64,000 nt of DNA. Source: Squalus acanthias (Eukaryota). The stretch lies in contig CM059449.1 of assembly GCA_030390025.1 (NCBI GenBank), positions 33,170,001-33,234,000 on the forward strand, written 5' to 3'. Shown piece by piece: positions 50,120-62,051 of the stretch. Position 1 is the stretch's first letter, and every line of letters starts with the position of its first letter. The translations under genes and the position numbers were made by a program. Below the pieces are notes generated by a model. The model saw only the letters and a program-made list of their open reading frames with translations, did no database searches and was not told where the DNA came from.

Positions 50120-51116
50120 TGCAAATTGAGTTGTTTCAGTAATAAAGCAATTGCACTTAGATGAATACATAGAAAGACATATATCCAAATTTGCCGACGA
50201 CACAAAGATAGGTGAAATTGTATGCATTGTTGATGGAAGCATAAAATTACAAAGGGATATCGACAGATTAAGTGAACGGCCAAAACTGTGGCAAATGGAT
50301 TTTATTGTAGGTAAATGTGAGCTCATTCACTTTTGACCTAAAAAGGATAGATCAGGGTACTTTCTAAATAGTGAATGCTACAAACAGTGGAGGTCCAAAG
50401 AGACTTTGGCGTCCAGGTACGTAGATCATTAACATGTCATCAACAGTTACAGACAATAATCTAAAAGGCTAATGGGATGCTGGCCTTTATACCTAGAGGG
50501 CTAAAATACAAGGGGTAGAAGTTATGCTGCAGCTATACAAAACCCTAGTTAGACCACACCTGGAGTACTGTGAGCAGTTCTGGGCCACACACCTTAGGAA
50601 CCACTTATTGGCCTTGCAGGGAGTGCAGTATAGGTTTACCAGAATGATACCCGGACTTCAAGGGTTAAGTTACGAGGAGAGATTACACAAATTAGGTTTG
50701 TATTCCCTAGAATTTAGAAGGTTAAGAGATGATCTGATCGAAGTTTTCAAGGTATTAAGTGATACAGATAGGGTATATAGAGAAAAACTATTTCCACTGG
50801 TTGGGAATTCTAGGACTAGGGGGCATAATCTAAAAAATAGAGCCAGATCTTTCAGCAGTGAAATTAGGAATCACTTATACACACAAAGGCTGGTAGAAGT
50901 TTGGAACACTGTGCCGCAAACGGCAATTGATGCAAGAGTAATTGTTAATATTAAATCGTAGCTTGATAGCTTTCTGTTAACCACAGGTATTAAGAGATAT
51001 GGGTCAAAGGTGGGTATATGGAGTTAGGTCACAGATCAGCCAGGAACTCATTGAATGGCGGAGCAGGCTCCAGGGGCTAAATGGCCTCCTCCAATTCCTA
51101 TGTTCATATGTTCCTA
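50120..51116 (+). mobile_element. 5'-truncated CR1 LINE
   Basis: ISKFADDTK and RPHLEYC motifs; (TATGTTCC)n tail. Confidence 0.93.
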
Positions 51117-51489
51117 GGATTCACGATGATTAGTTCAGTGTGTTCTTGGATCCAATGCAAGACTCGCGTTTGACCCTCTCAGGTTCTGGTTAAACACCGT
51201 TGTAATCTAGGGAGTGAAATCCATATGTTAGACAATCCCGAGATGAAGGTGCAGAGCACAGTATAGAGAATCAAGTGACTTGTTCATTCTCTTTTCATGG
51301 TTCTTCCCCTTATAGGTAGCTCAGAGGCAGTTAGTTTAGAGCACAGGAGTAGCGGGCCTAAAGAGCGGTCGATTCTCACTACCTTCCCCTGGAGGCCGGT
51401 AGCCTTATCGTTCCGTTAATGTTGTGCAGGTTCCAGTCAGTTCCACAGGCGATGAAACCGGAGAGACCTGTTTGCCCTCCGGACTGCCC

Positions 51490-51628
51490 GGCTGCCAAGT
51501 CGCTGTCGCCCAATTTGCCTCCAAGTTGCTCTCTCCCATTTAGTTGCCAAGTCGCTCTCTCCCGTTTTGCTGCCAAGTCGCTATCGCTCAATTTGCTACC
51601 AAGTGGCTCTCTCCCATTTTGCTGCCAG
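51490..51628. repeat. 26-bp tandem repeat (GCTGCCAAGTCGCTCTCTCCCATTTT), about 5 copies
   Basis: Direct reading. Confidence 0.85.
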
Positions 51629-52414
51629 GGCACTCCCTCCCGATTTGAACTACTGCGCAAGACAAATTTATACCCCAATGGAGGTCATTTTAATTGTTGG
51701 CGTTAATGTAAAATGGACGATATCGGGTCGGGTATCTGTTATACACCTCTCCCGATTGTCCTTTCCTTGAGATCAATGGGAAGGAAAGTTGGGAGAGTTG
51801 TGTAACGGGTCGCTGATCCGATGACGCCTGTTTTACACTATCTCCTAATCTGAAAATGACACCCAATGACTCTCCACCCTGTCCTGCCCCTATGAAGGTG
51901 CAATGACCACAGTAGGGACGGACAATATTTGCCTTAATGGGGCACTCCGGGAAATGAAATCTGACGGAAGGTGTTTAACACCTGGGAGTTCCAGTCTGCT
52001 TTGTGATCTTCTGATTATATTTCCACCTTTTATCTTAATGCCACTCGGAAACCATTTACATCACAACATTAGATTTGGTGCGAAGGGATATTCTGGAGGA
52101 GGCAGTCTCCCTCTACTTCACCTGGTAGCCAGGTGGGGTCCTGAGTCTGGATTTACACTAAAACATCTGGCGTTAAGCCAAACCATCCCTCAGGGATCCT
52201 CAGGCTGCAGTATGAATGTGGCCTGTGGGAAGATAAAGTACTCGCTACAATACTGAATCAGGAAGGTTATTAAACTTGCATTGTCACTGAGACAATGAGT
52301 GTGGATCTGTGTCCTGTCAGCCCCCTTTCATTCACCACTAGGCGTTAAGGTTCGCCTTTAAAACGTTCCAGAGGAAATTACCCTTTCCATGGACTGTGAT
52401 GCTGACCTCCTTTC

Positions 52415-52488
52415 TTAAACCTGGGTTTTTTTGAATTGCAGGAGTTGGTGGTGCTGCTTAAGGAAGTATTTGAAATGTCTGCCTTGTT
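52415..52488 (-). CDS. Probable cytoplasmic-tail exon of the MHC class I-like gene (phase 1: EQGRHFKYFLKQHHQLLQFKKTQV*)
   Basis: Strong TTTCTTTTCAG acceptor 1.5 kb downstream of the TM exon; the reading frame is ambiguous. Confidence 0.45.
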
Positions 52489-52899
52489 CTGAAAAGAAAC
52501 ATGTTCAGAGAGAACGCTTGTAATAATACGATGGTATTGGTAATAAAGGTTTTTTAGCAAGTATGCTTCCGTCTTAACATATCAATCAAACATAAATTCA
52601 TGTTGATGCTGATGGTGTTACCATGGGGAAAGTTTTCATGTGTGGGCCACCTGTTACAAAACTTAATGGGGTGAAATTGGGCTCAGGTGGTAGCGCCAAA
52701 TGGCGATAGCGAATCACCAGCCAGTTACACACCTACCCCATGGGCTTTTCTATTGACTTCAATTAAATGACAGCCGATTCACTAGTGGCTATTTTGTGTT
52801 ATCGCTCAATTTCACCCGCTAAATTTGTTCATAAAGAACTGGATTTTAATTTCACTGCACTTGGGGCACATGCTTATCGAATAAAGTAGAAGTTACAAC

Positions 52900-53515
52900 A
52901 TGGAAAGAGATGCTTTGGCCGAACCAGTGCGTATCGGCATTTACTCTACACACCAGTAAATATTACGAATCAGATTTACCCACCCTGTTCTCATATCCCT
53001 TAAACCCCTTTTCCCTTTGTCCACCTTCTCAATCTAATCTTAAATGTTGAGATTGTTTCTGCCTCAACATCTATCACTAGAAGTGGATTCCACAGCCTCA
53101 CAACGCTCTGTGAAAAGAATCGTCTCCTACCCTCTGTTCTAAATCTCTACCATTTAACCTGGTATCTATAACCCCTCATTCTTGACCCTCAACTACTGGA
53201 CACAGTATGCTTCTATCTACCCTGAGCCATCCTTCCATCATTTTAAACACTTGTATTATATCACCCGTAATATGCATTTTTCTAATAAAAATGCGCATTT
53301 TCCAAGTCTTTCCTTGTATTTGTGTTTCCTTCTACCGGGCAGCATCCTAGTGAATCCACCGTGTAGCTTCTCTGAAGCTCAATATCCCCCCTATCGCGTG
53401 AAATTCTATACTGCACAGTGTTCTAACTCCGGTCTTAATGTTTTATAGAGGCTCATATTTACTTCTTGGCTGTTATGTTCTGTACCTCGTGTGATTAAAC
53501 TTAGAGTTCCATTAG
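52900..53515 (-). mobile_element. Old CR1 3' fragment
   Basis: Degenerate RPELEHC..RWIH-like segment and CR1 3' UTR on the minus strand. Confidence 0.65.
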
Positions 53516-53577
53516 TAACTTTCCCTCGATAAAATTCCAGTTGTTCTTACAGAAGTTAACAAATTAACCAATTTAAT

Positions 53578-53870
53578 CCCACTCCAGAGACGTGAGCAGT
53601 AAAATCTAGACTGACACACCAGTGCAGTGCTGAGGGACAGCTGCACTGTCGGAGGTGCTGTCTTTAGATGGGGCGTTAAATCGAGACCCAATCTGCCCTC
53701 TCAGGTGGATGTAAAAGATCTCTGTGCGCAACTTGGCTGCCGCGTTTCCTACATTACAACAGTGACTACACTTCTAAAGAAAGCACTTCATTGTTTGTAA
53801 AGCGCTTTGGGACGTCCTGAGGTCGTGAAAGGCGCGCGATATAAATGCAAGATTTTCTTTTTTTTTCTTT
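53578..53870 (+). mobile_element. DeuSINE-like SINE (SacSINE1/AmnSINE1 type), partial
   Basis: CAGTGCAGTGCTGAGGGA..GCACTGTCGGAGGTGC, CTGCCCTCTCAGGTGGATGTAAAAGATC, and an L2-type tail TGTAAAGCGCTTTGGG..ATATAAATGCAAG. Confidence 0.75.
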
Positions 53871-53983
53871 ATAACAGATATTTAAAATTCAAAATATAAT
53901 CCTGGGGCCGGCCAAAAGATTTTCTGTAAAGCCGCTGTGTCATACTTTTACAAACATGACTGCAGCATATTCTCTCGACTTAC

Positions 53984-54091
53984 CTCTTCGTTTTCTCCTC
54001 CACATATAGATTAAAACTATAACGAAAGCCAGCGACAGCAGTACACACACGACAATCAGCCCCACATGCTTGTCTTTCTCTACTTTTCCAT
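53984..54091 (-). CDS. MHC class I-like heavy chain, connecting peptide/TM exon (DGKVEKDKHVGLIVVCVLLSLAFVIVLIYMWRRKRR)
   Basis: TTTTTCAG acceptor and G|GTAAGT donor, phase 1-1; hydrophobic span followed by a basic stop-transfer sequence. Confidence 0.88.
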
Positions 54092-55079
54092 CTGAAAAAT
54101 ATTAGCAAGGTTTGTATAATTATATGTGCGGATTGACATTTTTATATATAATCCGTGGAAACCTATGGCCCTGCTCATGGTAAGTAGGATGATGCGCTGT
54201 TTTCTAAGAACAGTATCCCCACACCATATAATGCACAATGTAGTATTTCACTAAGGTGGAGCCAGGTTTCTTTAAAACCACAAAAGTTCATTTTTTGTGA
54301 ATAAACACAGGTTCTAGTCAACGAGAGGTGGTCAGGCTGTAAAGGTGTCTGGGTAGGTGGGGGAGGAGCAATGGCTGTGAAGAGTGAAGCATGGTTTCTA
54401 GACTGATCGGGGCTGGGCCAGCGATAGGAATGTGCAGCTGGGAGGACAATGGAAAAGGTTTATGGTCGTGGTGCCCAGCGAGACAGAGGGAAAGCCAGCT
54501 GTCCCCTCCCCCGCAACCCCCCATGGATCGCTGTGTAAGGGGAGCCATGTAGGAAACTAGCAGAGGCCTGTGTCTGCGGGACTGGTGAAAGGGGCAATAT
54601 GAGGGGTAAGTACTGGCAGTTGAATCGATGATGTCACTGTGCCAGCTCCCAGGGCTGGGGGATCGAGCTTCTGACCGTCCCCGCAGCTCCGTGTGATGAG
54701 AGGGAGCTCAAGGTGCAAGACTGCCACTCATGAGAATTGTAAATAAGCAAATTATCTACATAAAAGTTTAAATTTAATAAAGATAGTTAAATGTTTACCT
54801 TCCTTTACTTAACGATAGCAACATGACTGTTGTCTCCAAAACCCTGACTGCTCCACAGTGACACTCAGTGGTCCCATTCTGTAACTGCATACAGACTCCG
54901 TTTCTTTAATTCGAACTCTCAATATACTGGAAAGGCAGCTTTGTGGCATCGTTCAACAATAGGCGGCACCCTATCATTTACAATCTGTCACCTAATGTTG
55001 TTGGATTGGAGTTGCGCTCTGGAAACTTGACTAGACTCAACATTTTCAAAACATTCAGATAGAAATCGCGAGAGAACTT

Positions 55080-55575
55080 TATAGAGAGATANNNNNNNNN
55101 NNNNNNNNNNNNNNNNNNNNNNNNNNNNNNNNNNNNNNNNNNNNNNNNNNNNNNNNNNNNNNNNNNNNNNNNNNNNNNNNNNNNNNNNNNNNNNNNNNNN
55201 NNNNNNNNNNNNNNNNNNNNNNNNNNNNNNNNNNNNNNNGAGCGAGNNNNNNNNNNNNNNNNNNNNNNNNNNNNNNNNNNNNNNNNNNNNNNNNNNNNNN
55301 NNNNNNNNNNNNNNNNNNNNNNNNNNNNNNNNNNNNNNNNNNNNNNNNNNNNNNNNNNNNNNNNNNNNNNNNNNNNNNNNNNNNNNNNNNNNNNNNNNNN
55401 NNNNNNNNNNNNNNNNNNNNNNNNNNNNNNNNNNNNNNNNNNNNNNNNNNNNNNNNNNNNNNNNNNNNNNNNNNNNNNNNNCAGACAGACAGAGAGAGAG
55501 AGACACAGAGAGAGACAGCGAGAGAGACAGACAGAGAGACAGAGAGATAGACAGTGAGACAGACAGAAAGACAGA
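55080..55575. repeat. (AG/AC)n compound microsatellite containing N-runs (55092-55481)
   Basis: Flanks are AGAG/AGAC repeats; the Ns are unresolved or masked bases. Confidence 0.85.
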
Positions 55576-56934
55576 TATGATTATATGAAACTGTGTATAT
55601 GCAGCTTATAAAACTGATTGTAATGAACCGATTGTCTAATTGAAGGTTTTTTATTAAACAACTGGGACCTGCACAGGTTGGGCCACAACATCTGGAAATT
55701 GCCCTCAGCAGAGGATCAGCGCAGTAACCGACCAGAAATACATTTCCAGATCGTTAGGATCATCCTACCTGTTCCCCTGAGGGAGGCACCTTTCCATGGA
55801 AAGACCTGAATGAGCAGCACCGTTATCTATTAAACAATTTGTGGTAGATTTTCACCGCGCCGCTCTGGTGTGAGCCTTCTGCTGTGGTTCAGCCGCCTGT
55901 CACACAAACTGCCCGCTTTTCATTCCCATTGGAGGCTTCTCCGGTTTTACACCCGGGCGGCAGGTTGGAAATCTACCCCGCTGTGTCTAAACCAATAGTA
56001 GGAGGTTCCCCTGGAGACATTTGGTCACCCTGTTAATCACCAAAAGCAATTTCTAGGCTCATTTCCTGGGGCTACATCCCCCCCCCCCCGCCTCCCCCAG
56101 CTGTCGCAACCTCCATTCGTGCTGCAGATTCTTGCTTTCTGGGCAAAGCCCAGCGTCCCCACCTTCCCTGCCTGCAGCTCCCAGTGCACTTCGGCCCATC
56201 CCCGCCTCAGGAGCCCAGCCTCAGACTCACCCTTACCGCTAGGCCGCATTATTTTCACCCCTCCACCCACTGCACTGCATTTTAATGACCTTTCCTCACA
56301 ACACATCCCCTCTCCTCCTCTATTATCCCAAAGTGACCCGTCACCTCCTTCCCCACCTGAACAAAGAGACAAGAGAAACAAAAACACACTGAAACTGCGA
56401 GGGAAATAGCTCAGCACAGAGCAAAAGTTCCAGCTCAGAAACCGAGCAACTCCATCACCACAGTGAAAGGGAAAAACAATGAGAAAGCAGAAACAAAATG
56501 TGAAGCAACAGCAAGTCGGGCAAATAAAGAGTCTGATGTCTGAGAGTGGGTGGTGAATGTAGATTAATCCATTCTCTAACCCAGATAGACTGTGAAAAGG
56601 GATTCATTTGTTATCTAACTCTGAGGCCGTGCGGTGTGTGTGGGGTGTTGGTGCAGAGTGGAGATAAACAGTAAGAAGCAATGGGAAAGATATAGAGAGA
56701 AAGCAAGTGTGTGAGAAGCACACAAGGAGGGGTGGGTGCAGATTATGGAAGAGTCAGAAGATAACTGAAATGGACTAAAAGAGAGAGAAAGAATGAGGAA
56801 CAGTCACAGACAGTCTGCAGTATAGAGATAACAAAAGTGTTGTCTGATGTATAAAAAGAGAGAAAGAGCAAGACAGGTGTGGGTGATTGTTGCTGTTATT
56901 GATGGATGTTCTGTATCGCTGCTCATGTCCTTAC

Positions 56935-57201
56935 CCCAGGAGACTGTCTTCCCACCCGGCAAGCTGCTGTGCTCAATATGACAGGAGTATTGTTTCCCAT
57001 CATACGGATCAAATTCAAGGGTTGTTGTTAGTTGATACGTCCCATCTTCATTGGGTAATAAGCCAGTAGATTTGGTCTCGGGGGCATGTTCTCCATTCTT
57101 CAACCAGGTCACATTGATGGAATGTGGATAAAATCCAGTCGCAATGCAGTGGAGAAACCAACGATCAGCAGCCCTGGCAATAACTGAGACTTCAGGGGAA
57201 A
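56935..57201 (-). CDS. MHC class I-like alpha3 (Ig C1) exon
   Basis: VSPEVSV..LHCIATGFYPHSINVTWLKNG..LLPNEDGTYQ..YSCHIEHSSL; 267 nt with AG/GT boundaries, phase 1-1. Confidence 0.95.
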
Positions 57202-57423
57202 CTACATGATAGAACGACAGTTATTTTCAAATTCAATAAAAGGCGCACTTTTCACAATAGACTGAATGAAATCATTTTAATTTGTGTTACTAGTGTAAAG
57301 CAGGTGATATCGGATCGGCCTGTTAAAGCAGAATGGGGAGTGTATAACGGAAGCTGATCCAATATCGCCAGTTCTACACTGTCACCAAACTTTAAAATTA
57401 CCCCCGGGTTGTTCTGAACTTAC

Positions 57424-57699
57424 CTTTTCTGGTGAGTGATGCATTTCCAAGTGAATAGTATGTCCTCCATAAATCCACACAATCCTTTTCTAACAAGCTC
57501 TTGAAATAAAGGTTCATCTTTGTTTCCTTATCCCATTTCACTTTGAAGGTCTGAGCTACTGGATCATGTACAGTCCAAAACAATTTGTCTTTATCAAAAC
57601 TAAATGCGTATCTTCCATCATAAGCAAACTTCAAAATCCCTACACTAGGATTGGCATCATTCAGTTCACAGCCAAACAGTCCTTGAATGTAATGAGTAC
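57424..57699 (-). CDS. MHC class I-like alpha2 exon
   Basis: THYIQGLFGCEL..AYDG..KVKWD..LEKDCVDLWRTY; canonical 276 nt, phase 1-1, with the C101/C164 pair. Confidence 0.95.
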
Positions 57700-58036
57700 C
57701 TAGAACAGTAATTGAATCCATCAATAGCTACATAATTATCTCATCTATTCACACCAAACATGAGAATTTCAGTTATTTTTTAGTCACTCTTTCCAGGTAG
57801 AAATGGCGTTTAGTGTCTAAAACAAGGTTCATCACACAGCGACATATAATTTACAGCACAGAAAGAGAACAATTGGCACCAAAGTTAAACGGCAGCTGCC
57901 TGCTGTAATATTCTTGCTATATTAGGTGCTCAGAACTGCATGAAAAACCCCAACAGTGGCCTAATCAATGTCTTCTGCAAGTCAACATCAAGTCCCTGAT
58001 GTTATACTCAATGCCCATTGAACAAAATACCGACGA

Positions 58037-58255
58037 GGTGAAATTGGTCTTTCCCAGTAGTGCGAAATGGACTCATATCGAATCAGCACCAGTTTTACAC
58101 TCCAATATTGTTCTTCTATTAACTTCAAAGATGTAAAATGGGCTGTCAATTCACCATGGCCCCAATGGAAGGGAAGATTGGGCGGAGTGTGTAATGGGTG
58201 ACCGATCCAATATCGCACATTTTACACTGTCACCAACAGTTAAAATTACCCCTCA
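58037..58255. mobile_element. Representative of a short palindromic MITE family (other copies at about 36400, 36655, 41350, 49300, 51700, 52668, 57290, 59918, 60395, 61585 and 63000)
   Basis: GGGGTAA(A/T)TT ... GTGTAAAATGGG ... TTTTACAC ... AATTACCCC arms with an often central TTCCATTGACTTCAATGGAA-like motif. Confidence 0.65.
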
Positions 58256-58624
58256 CATAAGCAACACCACAGGAAATTGAGTAAAAAATTTTAAAATCTT
58301 ACATCTGTGTGCAGTTCCTGTCCACAAAAGCATACTTCCTGTTATCATATTTCTATTACATTTGTGTTAACAATTCCCTTTTTAAATTACTATGTACACC
58401 TTTATAATGGAAGCTGCCAGCGTAAGCTCGTCATGCTGTAATTACAGCCTCCCACCGGTGGTGGCACTTTCGGACTTTTCTTTGCATTTCCCAGATTAAC
58501 TGCTGTGCTCCAACCAATTCTACGTCTCCGCTTCCCAAATTGAATAAATGTTGGTATTTAACTGTAAATCTATCTATATTATATTAGAAATGTTATGTAC
58601 TACCTGTCCACACATCCTACTGCG

Positions 58625-59180
58625 TATTGTTTATGTCCCCTTATTTAAGGAGGGATATAGTTGCATTGGAGGCAGTTCAGAGAAGGTTCACTAGGTTGAT
58701 TCCTGGGATGGAAATGTTGTCGTATGAGGAAAGGTTGAGCAGGTTGGGCCTATACTCATTGGAGTTTAAAAGAATGTCAGGTGATCTTATTGTAACATAT
58801 AAGATTTACAGGGAGTTGGACAGGGTTGATGCTGAGAGGATGTTTCCCCTCGTCAGGACATCTCGAACTAGGGGACACAGTCTCAGAATAAGGGGTCGCC
58901 CATTTAAGATGGAGATGAGGAGGAATTTCTTCTCTCAGAGGGTCGTGAGTCTTTGAAATTCTTTACCCCAGAGAGCATTGGAAGCTGAGTCATTGAATAT
59001 ATTCAAGGCTGAGATAGACAGATTTTGAGCAACAGGGGAGTCAAGGATCACGGGGAGCGGGCAGGAAAGTGGAGTTGAGGCCCAAATCGGATCAACCATG
59101 ATCTCATTAAATGGCAGAGCAGGCTCGAGGGGCCGAATGGCCTGTTCCTACTCCTATTTCTTATTTTCTTAAGTTCTTAC
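58625..59180 (+). mobile_element. 5'-truncated CR1 in the class I intron
   Basis: LEAVQRRFTRLIPG..RRNFFSQRVV; TTCTTA tail. Confidence 0.92.
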
Positions 59181-59237
59181 TTCCTCTTGTCACATTTTTT
59201 ATCAACCTTTTCCCATTATCAATTCCTCTGAATTCAT

Positions 59238-59580
59238 GTTCAAAATCATGAAGGAGTTGGATAGAGTGAATATGGAGAGAGGTCGGTAACCAGAGGACAC
59301 AGCTTTAAGGTAATTGGAAAAAGTACCAGACGTGATATGAGGATTTATTTTATGCGGTGAGTTGTTGTGATCTGGAATGCATTACCTGAGAGGGTGCTGG
59401 AAGCAGATTCAATAGTGACTTTCAAAAGGGAATTGGACAAATACTTGAAAGGGAAACGTTGCAGGGCTATGGGGAAAGGGAAGGGGAGTGGATCTAATTG
59501 GATAGCTTTCAAAGACCCGGCACAGGCACGATGGGCCGAATGGCCTCTTTCTGTGCTGTATTATTCTATGATTCTATATG
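59238..59580 (+). mobile_element. Short CR1 3' fragment
   Basis: IWNALPE..FKRELDKYL; TTCTATGATTCTAT tail. Confidence 0.85.
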
Positions 59581-60762
59581 TCAACATTTGAAATGGGAGT
59601 TGCCGATGTAAAGTCAGCATGTTGCAATTGTACCCTCGCTCCAGTGGTGGCGCTGTAATGCCTCAGTTTTTTTGTTGCCCAACTCTTCAGCCTATACTTC
59701 TGGAAAATTCCCGTGTTTTCAATCAACTCTAGTTCGCACCTTCACAATTGTCCAGCAATGTTCTTACTTAACTATAAATAACATACCAGAATATTTGCCA
59801 ATGCTGTCAAAATACATGCCAGAATGTATGACTTTAAATTAGGGACTGAATTATGTTTGCACAGCATAGGCTAACATTATATGTCCTCCAACCTTGTTAC
59901 AATGGACTTGACTCCATGGGGGTAATTTTGACTTTGGCTGAGAGTGTAAAATGGGCGAGATTGGCTCGTCCGCCAATTTTGCAACCCGCCTGATTTTCAT
60001 ATCCATAGAGGTCAACGGAAGGGAAAATCAGACAGGGAGTATATTGGGTAGTCAGTTCGATATCGCTCATTTTACACTATTGCCCAAATATAAAATTTAC
60101 TCCGAATGAATAGAAAACTGCGGGCAATGCATTATGCTTTTCTGATAAGCCACCTGCGGGATATAAGACGGCATTGTAGCCTCAAACTTACACATATACA
60201 TTAAATATCAAATATGTGCTCACCTATATAACTGAGCAAATGCAATGATATGAATAATAATCCTTCAATTCAATATTACCAATATAATTCATCAAACATA
60301 ATATTGTCAGTATGATTCAATAAATGTGTTATTTCCAATGTCATTCAATAAATGTGTTACTAATATCATTCATTAAAAGTAATGTTACCATGAATGGGGG
60401 GTTAATTTTAAATTGTGGTTATAGTGTAAAGCGGACAATATTGGGTCAGTGGACTGTTATAAACATCGTTCAATTGAAAGGGAATCCGAGCGAGCTGCAG
60501 AACGGGCGGTCGGTCCAATATTGGCCACTTTACTTATTTGCTGAAGAGTTAAAAATTACGCCAATAAACATAATATGATTAGTAAAGTGTAAAATAACAG
60601 CAAAAAAATGAAATAAATATAAGATTACAAATATCATAAATTAAATGTAATAATACAAATGTCATTCAATAAACACGGGTGATGGTGGGGAGGGGCGGAT
60701 TTTTAACTTATCCCCATTTGAAATATGACCAGTGCTGAATTGGCCGCCCCATTTACACCATG

Positions 60763-61213
60763 TCCGAGCGTGGAGGAGTCCGTGTTCAATTTATATATCG
60801 AATGTGAGAGGTTGCGGCCCCTCTTCCATTATCTGAAGGGGTTGCTCCTCGATTTTTGGCTGCATTTCACTCCCACGCTTCTGATCTTTGGTCACCCGGT
60901 GCGGAGGGGATCGGGCAGATCGGGGGACATCCTCGTAGGACTGCTCCTGGGCCAGGCCAAAGTGGCGGTCGATGGGGTCGTTCGGCCCGACTTCCTGCCT
61001 TTCTTCCGCGGCCACGTTCGCGCCCGGGTGGCCCTGGAGCTGGAGCCCACGGTGTCTGCCGGCACGCTTGTGATCTTCCACGATCGGTGGATACCGCAGG
61101 GACTGGAGTGCATCTTCACCACCAGTAACCACATTTTAATTTAAGTTGTTTGGTTTCCTTTAATGTTTTTTTTTATTTACACTTTATTTGTTCCAAGTGT
61201 GCACAAAAAAGAG
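60763..61213 (+). mobile_element. 3' end of a Tx1/L1-clade LINE with a 9-bp TSD (TACACCATG)
   Basis: EESVFNLYIECERL..LLIFG..LLLGQAKVA..FHDRW resembles the Tx1 ORF2 C-terminus. TSD at 60754-60762 and 61214-61222. Confidence 0.75.
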
Positions 61214-61790
61214 TACACCATGCTCGATTTTCAGAAAATCGATTAAGGTGTAAAACGACAGCTGATTCACAGGCGCCCGTATTTCGCCCGTTTTCCACCA
61301 CATCTCATTTTATTTATCGACCGAGGTGTAAAACAAAAGCTGAATCACAGGCGCCCGGATTTTATCTGGTGATGAAAGTGAAATTCAACTTCAGCAGGGT
61401 TGCTGAATGGGTGGCAGCGGAAAAGCCACCTGTTATAGACCTCGGCCCATTTTACTGTGAAGTGAATGTAAAGGAAATTCAGGCAGCATGTATAAAGGGC
61501 GGCCTCGCTGATACTGCCCATTTTACACCCACCAACACTGGATTTAACCCCCATTATGAACAATATCATTCATTGGGGTTAATGGTACATTCCAGAGAGA
61601 TTGTAAAATGGGTGATTTTCAATTAGTTGCCTATTATACACCTCGCCTAATGTTCCTTTCTGTTGAAGTCAATGGAAGGGAAAATCAGGCGGATGTATAT
61701 CAGGCGGTTCGATATCACTCATGTTACACTACCCCCCAAGTTTAAATGACCCCTGTCGTTCGCTGCATTTATTCAAACGAATACACTCAC

Positions 61791-62051
61791 TTGATGTTTG
61801 GTTATTCTGCTGCAACCATCTATCAACCTGTCCCTTGATGAGTCCGTGGAAACCAGCTTGAGTGATTGTGTATTCGTCCCAGTAACTCTTCTCAAATGCT
61901 TTCGCCATCCATTGCTGTCTTGGAACAGTTATTTTCATATTTTGGTCGTAATAGTCTATCTCCCAGCCATCCAAAAGCCCCATAATACTATACTCCGGCA
62001 GATCAACACTCCCATGGTTCAGGGTGTAGTAATATAGCAGAGAGTGAGACT
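61791..62051 (-). CDS. MHC class I-like alpha1 exon
   Basis: ESHSLLYYYT..LPEY..LLDG.EIDYYD..PRQQWM..YWDEYT..NNQTS; 261 nt, CTAG acceptor and A|GTGAGT donor. Confidence 0.95.

Noticed and set aside
53458-53490. Micro-exon converting phase 1 to phase 0 for the class I tail
   Set aside because: Weak acceptor, and the sequence is part of a decayed CR1.
54988-55506. 172-aa ORF
   Set aside because: Mostly N bases within a microsatellite.
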